Assembly: GCA_963663405.2 (NCBI GenBank)
Contig: CAXXSM010000111.1
Span: 1 to 56,578 of the forward strand
Origin: a bacterium
GTDB lineage: Bacteria > Hinthialibacterota > Hinthialibacteria > Hinthialibacterales > Hinthialibacteraceae
DNA length: 56,578 nt
Reading direction: 5' to 3'
Position 1 is the first letter of the stretch. Every line of letters begins with the position of its first letter. Of the stretch, positions 18,879-29,151 are shown in pieces. The notes under the pieces are model-generated. The model ran no database searches. It worked only from the letters and a program-made list of their open reading frames with translations, and was not told the origin of the DNA. Position numbers and translations under genes: made by a program.

Positions 18879-20045
18879 TTAAATAGTACCAGGGAATTCA
18901 CCAACCCCTCGCGCCTTCCGGCTCACTTCCGTAATCCGGTCGAAATCCTCGCGCGTAACATCATCCGGCACACCGCCTGAATCCATGAAGATTAAGCGGC
19001 CGTATTTCTTGCCAAGCGCGCCGTGTTCTTCGAGATAGGCGTTCTGTTGCTCCGCGTCCCATTTCCAGAAGCTGGTGGGGAAACCGCCGACGATGACGAA
19101 TTGGGAGGAATAGTCTTTTAACAACTGCTCGATGTCGTATCCTTCTTCAGGATCGAATGGATTGATGAAGTCGAAACCGCATTCAGCGAAATCATCCAAA
19201 ATCTGCGTATTCGCGCCGTGGCTGTGGAGATGGACATCGCCTCCTAGTTCATGAACCGTTTTACACAATTTTACGTGCCAAGGTTTGAAGAACTGCTGGT
19301 AGTATTTCGGCGCCATGAGAAGACCATCTTTCGTGCCTAAGTCATCGCAGAGCGTAATGCAATCCGCCCCGGCCTCGATCATCTTCTCCGCCGCGATCAG
19401 GTTCCATTCTCCCAACTGGTCCAGCATGGCTTGAATCAGGTCCGGCTCGAGGATCAAATTCATCAATGTTTCCTGATAGTCCATCATGAAATAATGAATC
19501 CCCGAAAAGAATCCATTGAGCGAACCGATAACATATTCACCCTTCGATTTCAAATACTGCACATCCTGTTTGAAACCTTCGTAACGCGCAGGATCGGATG
19601 GGTCCGGTAGTTTCAGTTTGTTCAGATCGTCTTTGGTTTTAATGGGATGATCAAAGTGATGGTAGAAATGAGGATGAAACTGCACTTTCGCCCGGACGCC
19701 GGTTTCATATTCCACAACCAGTTTGTTATCATCCCGTTCGATCATGCGGCAAAAAAACTCACCCGGCCCGCCATGCCCGAAACAGATATTCGCTCCTTTT
19801 CCCAGGCAGGAGAAACATCGTCCCGTGTAGTTGTTAAACTCAATCATTCGATCAAGCGCCTCCGGCCCCATCGGCGACCTGTCAATATTTTCACCTACAT
19901 CATAAATCCACATCGAGAAATAATGACAGGATTCCGGCGTCAACCTTCGCGCCAGATCGCTGTTGAAAAAGGACATCCAATGCTGCGGGACCGGCATACT
20001 TTTATCCCCCGCCAACACCGCTTTGATCCATTCACGTTTCGTCAT
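18879..20045 (-). CDS. Uroporphyrinogen decarboxylase family protein
   Basis: MTKREWIKAVL start; CDDLGTKDGLLM and HLHSHG motifs. Confidence 0.8.
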   Translation of the reverse strand: MTKREWIKAVLAGDKSMPVPQHWMSFFNSDLARRLTPESCHYFSMWIYDVGENIDRSPMGPEALDRMIEFNNYTGRCFSCLGKGANICFGHGGPGEFFCRMIERDDNKLVVEYETGVRAKVQFHPHFYHHFDHPIKTKDDLNKLKLPDPSDPARYEGFKQDVQYLKSKGEYVIGSLNGFFSGIHYFMMDYQETLMNLILEPDLIQAMLDQLGEWNLIAAEKMIEAGADCITLCDDLGTKDGLLMAPKYYQQFFKPWHVKLCKTVHELGGDVHLHSHGANTQILDDFAECGFDFINPFDPEEGYDIEQLLKDYSSQFVIVGGFPTSFWKWDAEQQNAYLEEHGALGKKYGRLIFMDSGGVPDDVTREDFDRITEVSRKARGVGEFPGTI

Positions 20046-20194
20046 GTCCGTTCCATCCTTCATCAATGTTGAACCGCAGGTTCTCAATCCAGTTTCACTT
20101 GTCAAACCACTCGCGTCAAGAGCGCGGCGGGGAAGGGAACCGCCCATGACTTGTATGGGGGGAATGGGGGATGGTAGAATAAACTGGACTGGTT

Positions 20195-20240
20195 CTTTGT
20201 CTGAATCAGGATAGCCAGGATTAAAGGATTTTCAGGATGA
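20195..20240 (+). repeat. Dispersed ~46 bp repeat family B
   Basis: CTTTGTCTGAATCAGGATAGCCAGGATTAAAGGATTTTCAGGATGA; matches 5001-5046 (reverse) and both arms of 55188-55320. Confidence 0.75.
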
Positions 20241-20354
20241 AAACAATATGATTTACAAAAATGGCGCCTCATAAAGACGCGAATTATCCTACATGCTCGT
20301 ATCATTAAATTCCGTACTATCAATTGAAAATAAAATGAACAAGGATTTGGATTC

Positions 20355-21518
20355 ATGTTAAAGACAGCCATTATCGGAGCGGGTGGAATCGCGCGCACAC
20401 ATATTGAAACGTATCAGAAATTTCCCGGACGATGTCAATTGAAGGCCCTGGCCGACAGTTACCCAGAAAAAGCGGAGAAGAAACGAGATGAACTCAATCT
20501 CGATGTGGCGGTCTACAGCGCCTATGAGAAAATTCTGGACGATCCGGAAATCGATCTCGTCTCCGTCTGTACCCCCCCATACACACACGCCCAAATCACC
20601 GTCGACTGCTTAAACGCGGGCAAACACGTCATCTGCGAAAAACCGATGGCGTCCTCATTGGCGGAATGTGACGCGATGCTGGAGGCGAGTGAATCCAGCG
20701 GAAAAAAACTCGCCGTCATCGCCCAAAATCGATTCCGCGCGCCCATCCAAAAACTGAAAAAGGTTTTGGATTCCGGCGTCGCGGGAACTATCCTTCACGC
20801 TCAGGTAGAATCGTTCTGGTGGCGGGGGCATTGCTACTACGATCTTTGGTGGCGTGGCGCATGGGCCAAAGAAGGCGGCGGATGCACATTGAACCACGCC
20901 GTCCATCACATCGATATGTTCCAATGGATGATGGGCATGCCCTCCGAAGTCCGCGCCGTGATGAGCAACACCGCGCATGACAACGCCGAGGTCGAGGATC
21001 TCTCCATCGCCGTCTTGAAATACCCCAATGGAAGCCTCGCCCAGTTGACCAGCTCCGTCGTCCATCATGGCGAAGAACAACAACTGGTCTTCCAAGCGGA
21101 AAAAGCCCGGCTCTCCTTCCCTTGGAAAGTCTGCGCGTCCACATCCCGTGAAAACGGATTCCCCGATCCAAATCCTGAATTGGAAAAAGAGATCCAAGCC
21201 ATGTACGATGGCCTGCCGGATGTAGAATACAAAGAATACGAAGGTGAATTTGATAACGTGCTGACCGCCATCGAAACGGACGGCCCGGTTCTCGTTGATG
21301 GACGCGAAGGACGCAAGACACTGGAACTTATTATGGCGATCTATCAATCCGCTTCGATGGACGTGACGGTCAAACTGCCATTGGAAAAAGACAATCCATT
21401 CTACACCGCCGAAGGTGTCCAAGCCAACGCCACTCATTTTTACGAAAAAGGCGAATCAGTTGAGAATTTTAGTGATGATAACATCATCGTCGGATCGAGC
21501 AGCGATCAGAAAGAATAG
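20355..21518 (+). CDS. Gfo/Idh/MocA family oxidoreductase
   Basis: AIIGAGGIA, GKHVICEKP, GGGCTLNHAVHHID. Confidence 0.9.
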   Translation: MLKTAIIGAGGIARTHIETYQKFPGRCQLKALADSYPEKAEKKRDELNLDVAVYSAYEKILDDPEIDLVSVCTPPYTHAQITVDCLNAGKHVICEKPMASSLAECDAMLEASESSGKKLAVIAQNRFRAPIQKLKKVLDSGVAGTILHAQVESFWWRGHCYYDLWWRGAWAKEGGGCTLNHAVHHIDMFQWMMGMPSEVRAVMSNTAHDNAEVEDLSIAVLKYPNGSLAQLTSSVVHHGEEQQLVFQAEKARLSFPWKVCASTSRENGFPDPNPELEKEIQAMYDGLPDVEYKEYEGEFDNVLTAIETDGPVLVDGREGRKTLELIMAIYQSASMDVTVKLPLEKDNPFYTAEGVQANATHFYEKGESVENFSDDNIIVGSSSDQKE

Positions 21519-21545
21519 CGCAAGCGGACTGTTAGGAGAAACACA

Positions 21546-22619
21546 ATGTCTAAAGCAGATGGAATGAACTATGCGCCGAAAGGAAAACTTAATCTCGTTT
21601 GTGAGAAGGGAGATTTCCCATTTGGAGTGATCGGGCTCGATCACGGACATATTTACGGCATGACCAACGGGCTCACGGAAGCAGGCGGGGAATTGATGTG
21701 GGTCTACGATCCCGATCCCGCAAAAGTCAAAAAATTTTGTGAAACCTATCCCCAAGTTAAAGCCGCGGCTTCGGAAGAAGAAGTCTTGGCGGATGATTCG
21801 TTAAAACTCATCGCAGGCGCGGCTGTCACGTCTGAACGATGCGCGTTGGGATTGCGGGTAATGAATAGCGGCAAGCATTACCTAAGCGACAAGGCGCCTT
21901 TCACCACAATGGAACAGCTCCAATCGGCGGAAGCGAAAGTCGCCGAAACCGGCTTGATCTGGGCGGTTTGCTATAGCGAACGCGTTCATAATGAAAGCGC
22001 TGTCTTCGCGGGGCAGCTCATTAAAGACGGCGCCATAGGGAAAGTGATGCAAGTGACCAACATCGCCCCGCATCGCTTGAACGCGCCCAACCGCCCCGAA
22101 TGGTTCTTCCAGCGCGAGAAATACGGCGGCATCCTCTGTGACATCGGCAGCCATCAGATCGAGCAGTTTTTATACTACGCCGATGTAACCGAAGCGAATG
22201 TCGTACACAGCCAAATTGCGAACTATAACCATCCACAGTATCCCGAACTGGAGGATTTCGGCGACGCGCTGCTCCTCGGTTCCAACGGCGCCACGATGTA
22301 TTTCCGGGTGGATTGGTTTACGCCGGATGGAATGGGCGCCTGGGGGGATGGCCGCTCATTCATTATGGGAACTGAAGGCTCGATTGAATTACGAAAGTAT
22401 ATCGATGTCGCCCGCTCCTCCGATGGCGATCATGTCTTTCTCGTCGATCGGGAGAAAGAACAGCATTTCTCCGTAAGCGGTCAGGTCGGCTATCCCTTCT
22501 TTGGTGAACTCATTCTCGACTGTCTGAATGGAACGGGGAACGCAATGCCGCAGAAACATACATTCCTCGCGGCGCGATTAAGCCTGGAAGCCCAGGCGCA
22601 AGCCGTCCGAATTCAGTAA
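21546..22619 (+). CDS. Gfo/Idh/MocA family oxidoreductase
   Basis: [34 protein letters not shown]; 27 nt downstream of the previous gene (operon). Confidence 0.85.
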   Translation: MSKADGMNYAPKGKLNLVCEKGDFPFGVIGLDHGHIYGMTNGLTEAGGELMWVYDPDPAKVKKFCETYPQVKAAASEEEVLADDSLKLIAGAAVTSERCALGLRVMNSGKHYLSDKAPFTTMEQLQSAEAKVAETGLIWAVCYSERVHNESAVFAGQLIKDGAIGKVMQVTNIAPHRLNAPNRPEWFFQREKYGGILCDIGSHQIEQFLYYADVTEANVVHSQIANYNHPQYPELEDFGDALLLGSNGATMYFRVDWFTPDGMGAWGDGRSFIMGTEGSIELRKYIDVARSSDGDHVFLVDREKEQHFSVSGQVGYPFFGELILDCLNGTGNAMPQKHTFLAARLSLEAQAQAVRIQ

Positions 22620-24721
22620 TTCACTTCTTCTTTGAATTCCAGTGGCGCCGCTTCCGGCATATATCCCTGACTTTTCTTGCTGGTTTTAAAATGAGAGATC
22701 ATTTCCTGCAGCGATTGAGCTTGCGAGGACATCTCTTCACTGGCGGAAGCGGTCTCTTCGCTGGCGGCGGAGTTTTGCTGGGTGATGGAATCTAATTGAC
22801 CAAGCGCGTCTTTAATATGATGGATGGAATTGGTTTGTTCCGCGCATTGCTCAGTGATTTGCTGAACTAAGTCAGTCGCGTCATTCACTTCGGGAACAAC
22901 GGATTGAATGAGAGACGCCGAGTTTTCGGCTTTGGTCACGCTGTCGCTGGATAGCGTTGTGATCTCCCGCGCCGCGACTTGACTGCGTTCCGCCAACTTG
23001 CGCACTTCCACCGCCACGACGGCGAATCCCTTGCCCAATTCGCCGGCGCGGGCCGCTTCAATCGCAGCGTTCAGGGCCAATAAATTCGTCTGGTCGGCGA
23101 TATCATCAATAATGGAAATTTGATCGACGATTTTTTTCATCGCGGTCACCGTGCCGAACACCGAATCGCTTCCTTCCGCCGCTTTGGCGGATACAGCGGT
23201 TGAAACATCGCTCGATTTCGACGCGTTTTTTGTGTTGACTTCAATGGATTCGACGAGTGTTTCAATCGTCGAGGAGACACGATCCAAACTGGAGGATTGT
23301 TGTTCAGCGCTTTGCGCCAGTCCTTGCGCGGACGCGGAGAGTTCCTCTGAACTAGCCGCGACTTGTTCCGCCGCTTCTTGGACATTGATAATAACATCGC
23401 TGAGATTGGCCGACATCGAGTTGAGCGCTTCCGTTAATTGACCCACCTCGTCTTTCGACTTCACTTCCAATGCCTGGCTTAAATCTCCTTTAGAGATGGA
23501 TTGGGTAAAAGCGACCGCTTTTTGAAGAGGGGCGGCCATATTTCTTGCAATCACAATGGAAATCAAAACAAAGCATACGATCAAAACGAGGGCGCCGATC
23601 AGCGTCCACATCAGTAATTGATTTAATACGATTTCAACACGGCGCTGCGCGTCTCTATAATCGTCTTCATACACACCGACGCCGATAACCCAGTCCCACG
23701 GTTTGAAATAGCTGATCGCCACAATTTTCATCCGAGCCTGCGTATCTCCTGGATTTTTCCAGCGATACTGCGCGAAATCAACCTCGTCATCTTTTAAAAC
23801 TAGGGCTTTTTCTACAATCTCTTGAATAAACAGATTGCCGTCATCGTCCTGCGCGTTTAGAATCACTTCCCCATCCCGTTCTCCTTTATAGGAAATGATG
23901 TATTTCCCTTTATCGGATCCTATGCCGCCAAGAATATAGACGTATCCCGTTTTCCCTACTTTGATGTCCATGATTCCCTGCCGCAGGCTTTCTGCGTTCT
24001 CTTGCTTGACTCCGACGTACAGTACACCAATGATTTTTCCATCCGTGTCCAGGATGGGCTCATACGCTGTGATATACCAGGCGTTAACGACGTACGCCCT
24101 CCCGTAATACGCTTGGCCTTTCATAATGGAAGACACCACTGGATTGGGGGAACCATCCGGATTCACAGCAGGAATGTATGTTCCGACAGCCCGGGTTCCA
24201 TCCAATTTCTCCACATTTGTGCACACGCGCAGGAGATCCCCGGCTTCATTCATTCGCTGAAAGATCGTGCACGTCCCTTCCACGAGCCGCTTCGTTTCAT
24301 CCACGATGGGAGATTCGATCGAAAGGTCCCGGTTTTGGCCCAGCCATTGGGCGCCAACCATCATTTTGGGCAATTCAATCGATCTCGAACTCTTGGAATA
24401 TTGATTGACGGCGTTCCATGTGACGGTTTCATTGGAAATAGAAATCTCTCCCGATTGCGCCAATATCTTTCGAGCGACGTTTAGATCGTTCGTTACTTTA
24501 TTTTGAATGGTTTCATTCTGCGTTCGGCATAGAATGCGAACATCCTTCGCGATTTTTGATATTTCACTCCGCATCAAAATGTCTAATTCCTCATTGATAC
24601 TCGTCCTGACTGTATCTTTTTTGATGAGGACGATGACCAACAACGATAGAGCGGTTAATAAAACAGCGCAGATGCTTAAAGCAAGAATTTTTGTCTTGAT
24701 CGAACGGAATCCCATTTTCAA
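22613..24721 (-). CDS. Methyl-accepting chemotaxis protein with Cache3/Cache2-fusion sensor and HAMP
   Basis: TM1, [21 protein letters not shown]...RAVGT Cache motif, TM2, HAMP (DEVGQL), [37 protein letters not shown]. Confidence 0.93.
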   Translation of the reverse strand: MKMGFRSIKTKILALSICAVLLTALSLLVIVLIKKDTVRTSINEELDILMRSEISKIAKDVRILCRTQNETIQNKVTNDLNVARKILAQSGEISISNETVTWNAVNQYSKSSRSIELPKMMVGAQWLGQNRDLSIESPIVDETKRLVEGTCTIFQRMNEAGDLLRVCTNVEKLDGTRAVGTYIPAVNPDGSPNPVVSSIMKGQAYYGRAYVVNAWYITAYEPILDTDGKIIGVLYVGVKQENAESLRQGIMDIKVGKTGYVYILGGIGSDKGKYIISYKGERDGEVILNAQDDDGNLFIQEIVEKALVLKDDEVDFAQYRWKNPGDTQARMKIVAISYFKPWDWVIGVGVYEDDYRDAQRRVEIVLNQLLMWTLIGALVLIVCFVLISIVIARNMAAPLQKAVAFTQSISKGDLSQALEVKSKDEVGQLTEALNSMSANLSDVIINVQEAAEQVAASSEELSASAQGLAQSAEQQSSSLDRVSSTIETLVESIEVNTKNASKSSDVSTAVSAKAAEGSDSVFGTVTAMKKIVDQISIIDDIADQTNLLALNAAIEAARAGELGKGFAVVAVEVRKLAERSQVAAREITTLSSDSVTKAENSASLIQSVVPEVNDATDLVQQITEQCAEQTNSIHHIKDALGQLDSITQQNSAASEETASASEEMSSQAQSLQEMISHFKTSKKSQGYMPEAAPLEFKEEVNY

Positions 24722-24840
24722 TTTCTCCTTTTAACGATGAAAAATAGTACCCTCCTCATGGTCTTCTTTCATAAAAAACATAGAGACTAGAAATTGAAAT
24801 GATTCATAGATTGGGAATGCATGTTTCTAAAACAGGCTTT

Positions 24841-26199
24841 TTAGAATTTATAAATTAGGGAAGTCTGCAGCCGTACGCTGTCCCCATCTGTTTGGTATTT
24901 GTATTCTGTATCCCAATAGGAAACTTCAAAACCTACCAGCATGGCTTCATTAATCGAATAGAATGTGTTGCCGAATAGGGAATAATTCCGCGCGCGGTCG
25001 CCCGCGTTCAGATCCCGATCTCTTGGATCGTCAATGGCGGCGCCCAGCGTGAATTGCCATTTATCAAAGGGTCCCATGCTCAACGCGGCCCAGCCGCCTG
25101 TCGATTCAATCTCTTCGAGCAGCGCCCGATTGACGCCTTGGGCGATCCCACCTAAATAAGCGTCAAGATTCTCACCGATAAACCATTCTCCCTTCAACAT
25201 CAATTTCTCCATCAACGGAAGAACTAGATCGATGGAAGCGGACCAAGTGTCAAAATCCTTTCCGTGATCCGCATTATCTGCGTCATATTCTTCCTGTCCC
25301 CAATGACCTGATATGCCGAGAGTGGCGGGAGTATCCATCCACAACGGGACCGAATACGCCAATCGGCTTTGGAGCGTCGGAAAGCCGGCGTCCTCACCCG
25401 TGTCCCCAGGATCGAATCCCCAATCATCGCCGATCGTCCGCGCCAACGCGCCTTGGAGCAGCAGAGAGGAGTTCTCTCCAACATCAAAACCTTTTGATAA
25501 ACGAAATTGTGGACGCCGGTAGCCGATATCCCCAACCCACCAGTTCACAGCATAATTCAATGTGTTTGGGACGAGGGGAGAAATAACATCACTCGTCTGC
25601 CCGGCGAGAATGCTGAAATCGTATTCCGGCCAATTCATTTCCAAATACGCGTGCCGCATCATGAGATGGGATTTATTTTCCGCGCCACCGCCGTAGAAAT
25701 CGACTTCGACGCGTCCGCCGCTCTTGGCGTTTCCAAAGTCCGGTCCGTTGAATTGAAGGCCGAACCGGGATTGATTGGCGGTCATATTGAACTGATCGTC
25801 ATTACGGTTTGTCGCTTCGGATTCCACCCACCGGGCAAAGTCCCCGGCGTCGGTCCGCGCGGTATCATAGGCGGCGTCGAATTTCAGAAAGCCATATAAG
25901 TCCACGCCGAATTTCGTGTTGATGGCTTCCTGTGGAGCGCTAAGGCTCACTTGTTCCATTTGTTCCATCTTCTCGACTTGATCCGCCGCTGTCTGTTCCT
26001 GCTGATTCAACCGGTTTTCCAGTTCCTTGTTGCGTTTCTCCAAATCATTGACATGATTTTGAAGTTCCTCCATCTGCCGCTGCATCTTTAAAATAATTTC
26101 TTCTGTGGTTTGAGACCAGACAGGAACAGGTCCCATGCTCAGACTCACGGACAAACCAATCCACACATAGAACAATAGTACACGTTTTGTCACATTCAT
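24841..26199 (-). CDS. DcaP-like outer-membrane porin with N-terminal coiled coil
   Basis: Signal peptide, coiled coil, LYGFLKFD, QSRFG, EVDFYG, MRHAY, AGQT, RRPQFR; C-terminal YKF beta-signal. Confidence 0.8.
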   Translation of the reverse strand: MNVTKRVLLFYVWIGLSVSLSMGPVPVWSQTTEEIILKMQRQMEELQNHVNDLEKRNKELENRLNQQEQTAADQVEKMEQMEQVSLSAPQEAINTKFGVDLYGFLKFDAAYDTARTDAGDFARWVESEATNRNDDQFNMTANQSRFGLQFNGPDFGNAKSGGRVEVDFYGGGAENKSHLMMRHAYLEMNWPEYDFSILAGQTSDVISPLVPNTLNYAVNWWVGDIGYRRPQFRLSKGFDVGENSSLLLQGALARTIGDDWGFDPGDTGEDAGFPTLQSRLAYSVPLWMDTPATLGISGHWGQEEYDADNADHGKDFDTWSASIDLVLPLMEKLMLKGEWFIGENLDAYLGGIAQGVNRALLEEIESTGGWAALSMGPFDKWQFTLGAAIDDPRDRDLNAGDRARNYSLFGNTFYSINEAMLVGFEVSYWDTEYKYQTDGDSVRLQTSLIYKF

Positions 26200-26436
26200 T
26201 TTTTTCCCCTTCGTCTAAACATAAATTTCACAAAAAAGTTAAATCATATTAACATATTCAAGCAGAAAAATTTAATTTTTTTTCTAAAACAATTAAATTA
26301 TCTATAATGTAATATTTATTAATATATATTGGATGAGAATGGACTGATAATCAAATGGATTTTGAGGGGAGAGAATAATCGCTGCGGTTAAATAGTATGG
26401 CTGGTTTTCTTCTTGATATCGTTTAAAACATGGTAC

Positions 26437-26472
26437 AAAAGAGGATCGAAGATTGTCAACCTTCGATCCCCT
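26437..26472 (-). terminator. Rho-independent terminator of MCP 26495..28810
   Basis: GAGGATCGAAG...CTTCGATCCCC stem with an A-run on its left (U-tract on the minus strand). Confidence 0.6.
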
Positions 26473-26494
26473 AAGAATCAAGTTTCTACTGTTC

Positions 26495-28810
26495 CTACTT
26501 ATCGTATCCCAGCATGGGCGCATTTGTCACAACCGCATGCGTTGTGTCATTGGTTCTAAAATGAGAGACCATTTCTTGTAACGCTTGCGCTTGAGACGCC
26601 ATCTCTTCACTCGCGGCGGCGGTTTCTTCGCTGGACGAAGAATTGTGCTGCGTGATGGAATCCAGCTGGTTGAGCGCGTCTCGGATCTCGTGAATGGAAT
26701 TGGTTTGCGAGGAACATTGCTCGGTAATTTGTTGTACCAATTCCGTCGCTGTGTTTAACTCAGGAACGACGGATTGTATCAATTCCGCTGAACTTTCCGC
26801 TTTCTTCACACTATCACTGGACAGCGCGGTGATCTCACGGGCGGCGATCTGACTCCGTTCCGCTAGTTTACGTACTTCTACCGCCACAACGGCGAATCCT
26901 TTACCCAACTCACCGGCGCGGGCCGCTTCAATGGCGGCGTTTAGAGCCAACAGGTTGGTCTGATCGGCGATATCATCGATGATCGAAATCTGATCAACGA
27001 TTTTTTTCATGGCTTCCACCGTCCCGGAAACCGATGCGCTTCCTTCTTCCGCTTTCGTGGAAACAGAGCCGGATACCGTGCTGGATTCCGTGGCGTTTTG
27101 GGTGTTCTTCTCAATGGACTGGACCAGACTGTCAATCGTAGAGGCGACTTGCGTTAGATTCGCGGCTTGTTCTTCCGTGTTCTCCGCCAGTCCTTGGGCG
27201 GACGCGGCCAGTTCTTCCGAACCGGAGGCGACTTGTTCCGCTGACAGTTGGATGTTCGAGATTATTTGATTCAACCGATCTTTCATGATCGAGAGAGAGT
27301 CGGCTAATACACCGATTTCATCTTTCTGATCGACATCCAATTCACAGGTTAAATCCCCATCCGCGATTATTTGCGTAAACCGCAGCGCTTTTTGCACGAC
27401 TTGGATAATTCCCCTGGCGATGAATGTGGCGATACATACACCTACAAGCACGGCGGCGATTGCGAGTACGATAACAAATGTGCGTGTAGAGGAAGCATCT
27501 TCCGCCATTTGCCCGGTGATCTCCGTGGCGCCCTTTTCGACAATGGACTGCGCTTGTTTTAACGAAGCCTGCACATTCTGGAGAGCCGCGACCGTTTCTG
27601 TGTTATAGACGGTCTTCGCTTGATACATCTCATCCACTAGCGTATCAATCCGTTTAATCATGGATTGAAAGATCTCTTCCATAGTAGCGAGGATCGGAAG
27701 AGTTTCTTCTTTAAAAATCGTTATTGCGCTCTCTCGCGCATTCACACGATCGTTTTCCAACGCGATCGCCTTCTCGAAATTCTCTTCCAAATTAACTAGA
27801 GCAGGATTCACGTTTTGATCGTAAATCTGCGTGACAGCCGTTGCGTTATCCGCTTCAAGAGCCGTTTTCACTTCCAACACAGACGCATGGAGTGTTTCAT
27901 GGAAAGGACCGCAATCCTCCAGTATTTGTTTAAATTCAGGGAATTCGGCTTCAATCTTTTTGACTTGATCGCTTTGTAGAAATTGGCCAAACATACAGTT
28001 CTCTGGATCAGTTTCAATGTCTTCCATCGAAACGTCTTGCCGCAGAATCGCTTTATTTAATCGCAATGCCCATTTCAGATGACCAGCCAGAATCTCTTGC
28101 AACTGACTTTCAAGTCCTGGATGAATCGGTTTCCATACGTCTTTGATTTTCTTCGCTGATTCATGTAGCTGTTGGTGAGGATTCTTCACCGATTCTAGAA
28201 GCCGGGCGAGTTCTGGATCAAGCGCGGCGAATTGCTTGCCTTCTTCACTATATAGAAACTTCCCAAAATTGCAGATTTGATGATCTACAACTACCTCGAC
28301 AGAATCGAGATTCTCAATAAATACATCTTGGAGTTGAATGATCCACTTAAGATGATCTCGAATTAATTGACTCAATCGCTCCCCTAGACGTGGATCAACT
28401 TTATTGAATTTCGTGTTGATTGCTTCGACAGATTTGTGAAGTTGTTCGTGCGGTTTGTCAATAGCGGCTAATACTTGTTTCAATCCAGGAAACGTCTCCT
28501 CCGCCTGGATGCGCGCATCGCTGTGATACCATTTCCCAAACGCGCAGAGTGTTGGATCCGTCTGCACGTTGATCGAGTTGACATCATCCCGAATGAACGA
28601 AGAACAGACTGTGCCCGCCCAAGATAGATGATCCACCTCTCGCTGAATAAAACTCGCTTGCAGGTCTTTTGTCTCTTGCGCTTGGGCTGATCCATCAATA
28701 ATCCCATTGATCCCCACAATCGACCAGACCGAAATCACAGTCAATAAAGCAATCGTGGCCCCAAAACCAATACTAAATTTTGTCACTAATTTCAAGTCTC
28801 TCCATCGCAT
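26495..28810 (-). CDS. Methyl-accepting chemotaxis protein with three periplasmic CZB (zinc-binding) domains
   Basis: Three HxxW...CxFGx[WF]...HxxLH units between TM1 and TM2; HAMP; MCP signalling motif. Confidence 0.9.
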   Translation of the reverse strand: MRWRDLKLVTKFSIGFGATIALLTVISVWSIVGINGIIDGSAQAQETKDLQASFIQREVDHLSWAGTVCSSFIRDDVNSINVQTDPTLCAFGKWYHSDARIQAEETFPGLKQVLAAIDKPHEQLHKSVEAINTKFNKVDPRLGERLSQLIRDHLKWIIQLQDVFIENLDSVEVVVDHQICNFGKFLYSEEGKQFAALDPELARLLESVKNPHQQLHESAKKIKDVWKPIHPGLESQLQEILAGHLKWALRLNKAILRQDVSMEDIETDPENCMFGQFLQSDQVKKIEAEFPEFKQILEDCGPFHETLHASVLEVKTALEADNATAVTQIYDQNVNPALVNLEENFEKAIALENDRVNARESAITIFKEETLPILATMEEIFQSMIKRIDTLVDEMYQAKTVYNTETVAALQNVQASLKQAQSIVEKGATEITGQMAEDASSTRTFVIVLAIAAVLVGVCIATFIARGIIQVVQKALRFTQIIADGDLTCELDVDQKDEIGVLADSLSIMKDRLNQIISNIQLSAEQVASGSEELAASAQGLAENTEEQAANLTQVASTIDSLVQSIEKNTQNATESSTVSGSVSTKAEEGSASVSGTVEAMKKIVDQISIIDDIADQTNLLALNAAIEAARAGELGKGFAVVAVEVRKLAERSQIAAREITALSSDSVKKAESSAELIQSVVPELNTATELVQQITEQCSSQTNSIHEIRDALNQLDSITQHNSSSSEETAAASEEMASQAQALQEMVSHFRTNDTTHAVVTNAPMLGYDK

Positions 28811-29151
28811 AATAAATCTTCCTTTGCAGTGAAAATATGATAAAACTAATCTAAGAAGATCGAATTATATAATATTATGTGTAATTTAACAAGTTAATTT
28901 TCTAGTAATTTAAAATACTGTGCGAATTGCTCTCATTCTCCTGGATGGAATTCATGTTTTGGTTTTGAATGAAATAGATATGGTAATTTTTTTTAACATA
29001 AAACCTTTATTTTTGTAAATATAATAAGAATTATAATTGTTGAGCCAACGTTGTGAACCGGTTTTTTTATATTTAATTAAAAAATAATCACTCTGTCATG
29101 TTCGCGATTTCTATCGCAACTCCTTTTCATTTGTAGTTGTAATCTCAAATT

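Noticed and set aside
20046-20190. Cobalamin or other riboswitch upstream of the URO-D family gene
   Set aside because: Only a small hairpin and a TTGACA are visible; no recognisable aptamer consensus.
20522-21755. Long antisense/overlapping ORFs (also 31687..32562, 33598..34407, 46708..47472)
   Set aside because: Shadow frames of GC-rich, well-supported genes; no motifs.
26481-26500. TTTCTACTGTT resembling a Cas12a repeat
   Set aside because: Lacks the GTAGAT half, single copy, no spacers or cas genes.
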